Position numbers and translations under genes: made by a program. This document shows positions 57,590 through 64,000 of a stretch of 64,000 bases of DNA, one piece after another. Each line of letters begins with the position of its first letter. Within the stretch, counting starts at the first letter, position 1. Below the pieces are notes generated by a model that was given only the letters and a program-made list of their open reading frames with translations, did no database searches and was not told the origin of the DNA. The DNA comes from the human T2T-CHM13v2.0 reference genome, Homo sapiens: assembly GCF_009914755.1 (NCBI RefSeq), contig NC_060938.1; one strand, 5' to 3'.

Positions 57590-57850
57590 AGAGGAAGCAA
57601 CTAGGACAGGGGTTAGCAGTGTGGACTCTGGCCAGGCAGCCCTGAAATCAAAGCCCAACTGCCCCACTAAAAGCTGTGAGTTGGGAGAAAATATTTAATC
57701 TCTCTAAGCCTCAGTTCCTTCTGTAAAGTGGGACTAAAAATGTCACAGTACCTTTTCCTCATAGGGCGGCTATGATGATTCCTTGGTATAATGCACGTAA
57801 TGGACTTAGCACAGTGCTGGACATGCGGTAATAAGTGCTGGCTGTTAACA
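57590..57850 (+). mobile_element. MIR (near full length)
   Basis: GGTTAGCAGTGTGGACTCTGG...CTCTCTAAGCCTCAGTTCCTTCTGTAAAGTGGG...CTTAGCACAGTGCTGG. Confidence 0.8.
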
Positions 57851-58986
57851 CCAAGATCACCGCCGCCACCAGGCTGCCTCTCTCCTGCAGGCTCATCTCT
57901 CCATTCCCTCCTCAACTGCAAACGCAAGAGCCAGTCCCAGGAACATCAGAGTGTAAGGGCCCGCATGTGGATCACTACCTCCAACTTGGCAGGGTGCAGC
58001 TGCCTGCATGTGTGAAATTCATCTGAAATTGACCACCCACACACTAGCCAGAACCCCAGCAGCTTCATCTGCCTTCAGAATACAGAGGCCCGCCCCATGT
58101 GCATCTATCTGCAGGTGTTCTGGAGCCCACCTGCAAGGATAACTTCAGAAGATGGCTTACGTGTACCCAGAATAAAGAATCCTTACCAAATCTAGCCCCA
58201 CAAGGAATGAACTCATGGCAGACTGTCCTTGGACAAATCAGATCACCACTATGGACCTCATCCCTTTATCTGAGGGAGAAGAGGGGTAGGTGACAGTGCA
58301 GGTCCCTTCTGGCTTGGGCATTCTATTGATTTCTTCAAACTGCTGCAAAGGAGAGAAGGGCCAGAGCTGGGCTCTGCAAATAAACAAGTGAAAGACAAGG
58401 CCACCTATTGACACCAGTCCCTTGGGCAGATTCCAGGCTGAAAGCCTTGCTCCCTGGCTCCAGCCAGTGTTTCAGACCCACTGAGCCCACAGGCAAGCAG
58501 CCTCCTCACACCAGGCCTGTGGGTCAGCCAAGTCTACACAAAGGACCAATTATGATCAGTCCACCTTGCAATTCTCCTGAGCCACCTCCAGCATCCCCAC
58601 CCCCAGACACACCTGGAGCACCCAGACTAGAAGGCAGAGCTAAGTTACCCTTCACCAACACCAAACAAGGGAGAGTGCCTCCCTGATTCTCCCCTCCCCA
58701 GGCACCTGGCCTCCCACTCAGGACCACACCCTAAGCAGGTATTTCCAGAGCCAGAGTGAATGCAGAGCCCAGGACACACAAGAGCACTGGCTTCTGGGTC
58801 TGTCTATAAAGGAAGCACATTCACCTGGCCCCACTTGCATCCTCCCTAGAGGGTGAGAACAAACTCCTCAAAGCTGAAGACACAGAGGGCTCCTAAAGAA
58901 GCTGTGTTCGCCGAATAGTTAACTTCAGGGCCAGGCTACAAAGCCCAGGAGTCAACTGCAAGGTCACCTTTAGAAGTGCCTGACTC

Positions 58987-59279
58987 GGATGAGTATGGTG
59001 GTTCATGCCTGTAATCCCAGCACTTTGGGAGGCCGAGGCAGGAGATCGTTTAAGCCCAGGAGTTTGAGACCAGCCTGGGTAACACAGCAAGACCCTGTCC
59101 CTACAAAAAAAATAAAATTATCTGGGCATGACGACACACTCCTGTGGGCCCACCTACTTGGGAGACTGAGGTGGGAGACTCAATTGAGCCCAGGAGGTAG
59201 AAGCTGCAGTAAGCTGAGATCATGCCACTGCACTCCAGCCTGGGTGACAGAGCGAGACCCTGTCTCAAAAAATAAAAAA
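58987..59279 (+). mobile_element. Alu (AluJ-like)
   Basis: Full dimer. TSD-like AGAAGTGCCTGACTC (58972-58986) / AGAAGTGCTTAACTC (59304-59318). Confidence 0.92.
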
Positions 59280-62200
59280 GTAACTAATTTTGTTTTTAAA
59301 AAAAGAAGTGCTTAACTCTGCTGAGTGTCCAAGAGGGCAGAAACACAGAATGTTGGCATCACCGCAGACCCCAGAGATCATCTGCATGTGATAATCCAAG
59401 TACAGCCTTTAGAACAGAGCCCCACCACCATCCTACCATCCAATTTCTCGGTTTATAGGTGGTTTCAGGTGTGACTTATCCAGCATCACAAAGTGGCCAC
59501 AGGCAGCACTAGGACAAGACCTCGGGTCTCCTGAGGCCCCGGTACCTAACACACAACCATTCTTCCTGTTCCTGGGGGACAAGATAGGTTTCTGCCAAAC
59601 AACTCTCTGGCCTAATAAATCAAAGAAGACAGTCTTTTCACACCTATCCCCACTCCCAAATGCCACTCCCAAAGTCCCAACAGAAAGGGAGCAGGAGGCA
59701 GGTGAAAGCTTTGCTGAGGCCCCACAGTTATCTAGATCCACACCCCTCGGGATACTGTGGCTAAAGACAGTGGGCTGCTGACGTCCAACACTCCAGAGAG
59801 AACCCTCAGCAGAGGGACTGGAAGGAGAAGGAAAACCAAGACCCAGGTTTTACTTCCTTTAAGGTCCACAAACCCACACAAAAGGACCAGAAATTCCCTG
59901 TGATTTTCTGAAGCAGGGCTCAGCCAAATGCAATAACCCCACCCTCCAGAGAGGAAGGGGCAGGATGAAGAGGGACATGTCAGTATGGCCAGCACCTTGG
60001 AATCTGATGGGCAGTTAGCCAAAGAAAAAACGCAGCTAGGCTGGCTGGTAGGGAGCTGGGAGGTCTGTGCCAGTTCCAACCAGCCTACCATTGGACGCAC
60101 CAGCTCAGAGAGGGGCGCTGAGCAGCATGGCAGGGGCTGAGGTCATCCTAGGCTATGACCCCATCCCAATGACAAGGCCAGCTTCCCTGGCCCCTGTCCT
60201 CCTTCTGATTCCAGGACACACCTCTTAGTCCTGAGGAGCCAACTGGGCCTCTGCCCTGGTCCCAGCAATCAACCTCATCTCTGGGGTGGTCCTTGGTGAC
60301 TCAGACTACCACCACCCAGGCCCTCAGCATCTGTCAGTTGTCTCCTGCAGGACTACAGCTGCCACACTCCTGTCCAAAGGCCCTCACCACCACTGTTCAT
60401 CAACACTGGATACTCAGTGAATACCTAGTATGTGCAAGCTTGATTCGTGCTTACCTGCTCTTTGGGGTGCTGGGATGAGCTCATCAGGGAGCTCCTGAAA
60501 GTCCATTACTAGGGGGACCCCAGGAGACTCCACAAATCCACCTTTGATCATCCAAGGAGCCTCAGATCAGTTACAGATCAGTGACATCCCCTGAGAATCC
60601 TCTAAATGTCTTTAGAGAGGAGTTTCACAACAGTGCCCCAAGAAAGTGTAATGAAGGCAGGCAGGCTGCCACATATCTGTCCTTTCTGACTCTCCTAGCC
60701 CAGGTACTAACTGGGCAAGTCAATGGCCGAGTGGCTGAGAGCCAGAAGATAAGAAGGCAAGAGGAGGGAAATCAGACAGGGACAAAGGCCACTCAACTGG
60801 GACCCCACTTGTTGTCCTTGAAGCCTAGGAATGGTCCTGGCGGAGTGGGGCTCATCGTGGCTCCCCACATCTGGCCTCTTCCAAAACTCTACATGCAGCC
60901 CAAGCCTCATATCCAGAGCAGTCTCTTGTCTTGCAGAGCACAGCCAGCTTCCAAATGGCACAAGAGGCTGCTGAGCCATAAAATATAAACTCATTTAGAA
61001 GCATTCCCAAATTCACGCACCTTTTCGTCATGACACATTTGCTTTATCAAGAAGTAATAAAAGCACAACTACTACCCTGGGAGGTGAAAAAAATGGCAAC
61101 GTGGCATAGGTCCCTAGGAACCTGAATCTCAAGCCCAGGAAAAGAGGGCAGCAGGCAAGGGACCAGGGACCCATAGGTACGGACACCAGATGCCACACAC
61201 ACGTGTGGGTGGAAAGAGAGTAAGATACTGAGACTGACGTCTCCTGCCCTCCCTCATCAAACATCAGCAAGTCTTTGAACACTGGCGGGGTGCAGGGTGG
61301 CAGGTGTAACATACGAACGCCACCGCAGAGGCAGGAAGCCGGGTTCAGTCCCACCTGCCACCTACAAGTTGCTGTGTGACCTGGGCAAGTGCTTTGGAAC
61401 TCAGCAGTCTCAGCCACAAAACAGGGATGGCAGAGCTCCCACAGGTCTACCTTTACAGCTCCAGGGCAAAGGAGATGTGGGAGCAAAAGGAGCAATGAAC
61501 AGAGTGATGCATTGGGTATGACCCCATCTACACAAAGTTTTAAAACAGGCACAAAGATACAGACAGCTATATAGGCAAGAAATGTATAGGAACAAAAACA
61601 CCAAACTTGGAACAGCGGTTAACTCCGGTGAGGGAAGGTTACGGGATCAGGGAGAACACTGCGGTCGCAACTCTACAAGGTACTCTTTCCTGAAAATAAA
61701 AATCTGAAGCCAACATGGTCTTTGTGAACTGGCTTCAAGGTCAGAAAATCTAGAAATACTTGCTGTAACCACCTGAACCTTTCAGGTCTTTCCAAATACC
61801 CTCAAATGGCCTTTACCTCCTACTAAGCCATCCATATGGGTATTGTGAGGATTACATTAATAGCTGCAAAGCACTTAGACATGTGCCTGGCCCAAAGCAC
61901 AGTACCAGGGCTGGCTGCTGCTGGGGGCAGGGCAGCGGGACGCAGGGATGCTCAGCTCCATATTCCCAGAACAGTCCCAGGGCCAGCAATGTGGGCCTAT
62001 GCTGAGCTTGCTTCCGAACCAGTGGCTTCTGGGGAAAAGGCATCAGGTACAGGCCCCCCAGCCAGGCACCTTTGGGTGCTACTGTGGCCTCCTTGCCCAT
62101 GCCAAGCAGACTCAGTGAGGGGGTGGCACACGGGCCCACTATATAACTGAGACCCCAATGTGGCATTCCTTAAAGAAACTATACACAATGAACCTCTAAA

Positions 62201-63894
62201 TATAAGAAAAGAGAGAAAGAGGAAAAAGAAGAAGAGAAAAAGAAAGCTACAAAGCAAAACTTCATTTGGAGCTAAAGTTGGGAAAATATGCAGATTTCTA
62301 ATAAGAGGCCTCAGGACTTCATGCATGCAAAAACACCTCCATGCAGCCCCAGCCACCAGTATCCGAGATGAAGGACAGGAAACCAGGGGTCTGGCCCCAT
62401 TTCCCTGCCTCCAGGAAAACACAATTCATAAGCCACCTCCTGCATCTCCCAGCTCCCAGGGCCAAGTCTGGAAAAGCACTTTGGGTTCCTGGAAAGAAAG
62501 GCCCTTACAAAATATCGGGAACTCGACTGGAAAGCGCCATTATCTATTATCTGGAGGATGTCTGCGGAGTTTAAAAGGGAGCCACTCCTCTGCCAAGGTC
62601 AAGGAGGTGGCCAAAAACAACAGAGGGGCTTCTTGGAGCCAGAGAGACACATGCAGCCAAACGCTGACAGACAGGCACCCCTGCTCACAGACCCGACAGA
62701 CACAAGTGTTAAGACAGAGGACCTCGGTGGAGGCTGCCCTCTTTTTCCTGGACCAAGACCCCATATTGGGGGTGTCGAGACTTGACTCAGAAGAATTAAA
62801 AGCTCCACTTCTCTATCCCCAAACTACAGGCTGTTATGCGTTGGACATCTCCACATCAGACATAAGGAGAAAAGATAGAGTCTGATTTTAAGAACCCCTC
62901 CCACCCACATGCAAGGCTTGGTGCCTCTTCCAGCCTGGAAAGCCAAGTTCCATTAGGGGACCGGCCTGAAGGAGCCCACCCACCTTGAAGTTGCCTCCCC
63001 TCCCGTCATTTCACCTACAGATGATTTGAAAATAGAGCTCAGATGCTGTCTCACTCCCATCAATTATAATCAGCTTTGCAGATGGCTTTTAAAAAATAAA
63101 TCTTCAGGCCCATAAAAATGCTCCCCTACAAGCCCTGGCCTGGCCTCAAATCACAGGCCTTGTGACCATGCTTTCAACAGCCCCACGATCACCCACCACC
63201 AAGAAACAGGAAAAACAAGGTAACAGAGAGGAGGCTCCCTTCCCCCAGCCGACTGCTCTTTGGCCTGGAGCTGAACATTTGGGGCCTCTGATTTAGGCCT
63301 GGAAGGTTCAAAGCTGGGGGTCAGGAAATGGCACTGCCCCCCACTTGGTGCTGATCTCTGACCTGGCACAAAAACTCCCCAGCCCTGTAACACCAAAAGC
63401 CAACCTAAGTCCCCCACTCCCTCATCAACTTTCTAAATCGTCTCAAGGCTTAAACAAGAACCTCAAACGTTACAGGTTTCACGTGCACAGGCTTTTAAAA
63501 TCAAAATAAACCTGAGCCTCGGCTGCCTGGTTCAAAGCCTGTTTGGTTCCCGTGGTGACCACAAAGGAAGAGACTCTCTAAACAAAGGGAAGGACAGACA
63601 GAACAGGTGAAACTGAAGGAACCAAAACAAGAGAGAAGGGGAGGGTGCTGCTGAATCTTAAAGCAGGGGAAGCTAGCTCCCAAAAGCTGGGGTCAGCACC
63701 AGAAGAGGCCACCAGGAACGTGGGACTGGGGAGGCCTCCAGGTTCAGGGGATTTGAGTCTATTCCTGACAGTTACTGCTTCAACTGAAAAACACAGAGAA
63801 ATACAACTTGCATCCTTCACTACCTTTAAAACCAAGAAAAGTACCTTCACTGAGGCCTATGTCCATCCCCTTAAACCTCACAGACCCTCCTGTC

Positions 63895-64000
63895 AAAGAC
63901 CTGGATTGAAAACCAACTCTACTTCCAGGCTACGGAAAGCCTGGTAAAGTCGCTTAACCTTTCTGAGCCTTACTTTCCCTGCATGTAAAATGGGGATAAG
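63895..64000 (+). mobile_element. MIR fragment (runs off the window end)
   Basis: CTTAACCTTTCTGAGCCT...TGTAAAATGGGGATAA. Confidence 0.75.

Noticed and set aside
62160-62885. Longest ORF in the track (241 aa)
   Set aside because: Non-ATG start, includes a low-complexity GA-rich stretch, has no recognisable domain and is antisense in an intron; consistent with chance.

Overview
This is human (primate) genomic DNA from inside the alpha-actinin-1 gene, ACTN1, which is transcribed on the minus strand. Five coding exons are present (exons 2-6: 18595-18709, 14045-14164, 5193-5279, 2992-3079, 2355-2433). All have GT/AG boundaries and splice in frame to give residues 36-198, the CH1/CH2 actin-binding domain. 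Exon 1 lies beyond the right edge and exon 7 beyond the left edge, so 18710-64000 is intron 1. Intron 1 carries a disabled processed pseudogene of BANF1 on the + strand, with a poly(A) tail and target-site duplication (TSD). The rest is repeats: about 28 Alu or Alu monomers, a THE1 solo LTR, an MLT2A (HERV-L) solo LTR nested in an AluJ, L1/L2/MIR fragments, DNA-transposon fossils (MER5A, MER20, MER58, Tigger2, MADE1, MER96-like, Charlie-like) and three tandem repeats with 30-, 34- and 35-bp units. The two most interesting observations are (i) the MLT2A LTR has a perfect DUX4 motif and a mutated poly(A) signal and points toward the BANF1 pseudogene, a candidate antisense transcription unit, and (ii) an AluY + spacer + Alu-monomer composite sits inside a single TSD, a candidate Alu 3' transduction. 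Both are hypotheses, not demonstrated systems. Repeat family and subfamily names come from recognising consensus sequences by eye, and boundaries of old repeats are approximate.
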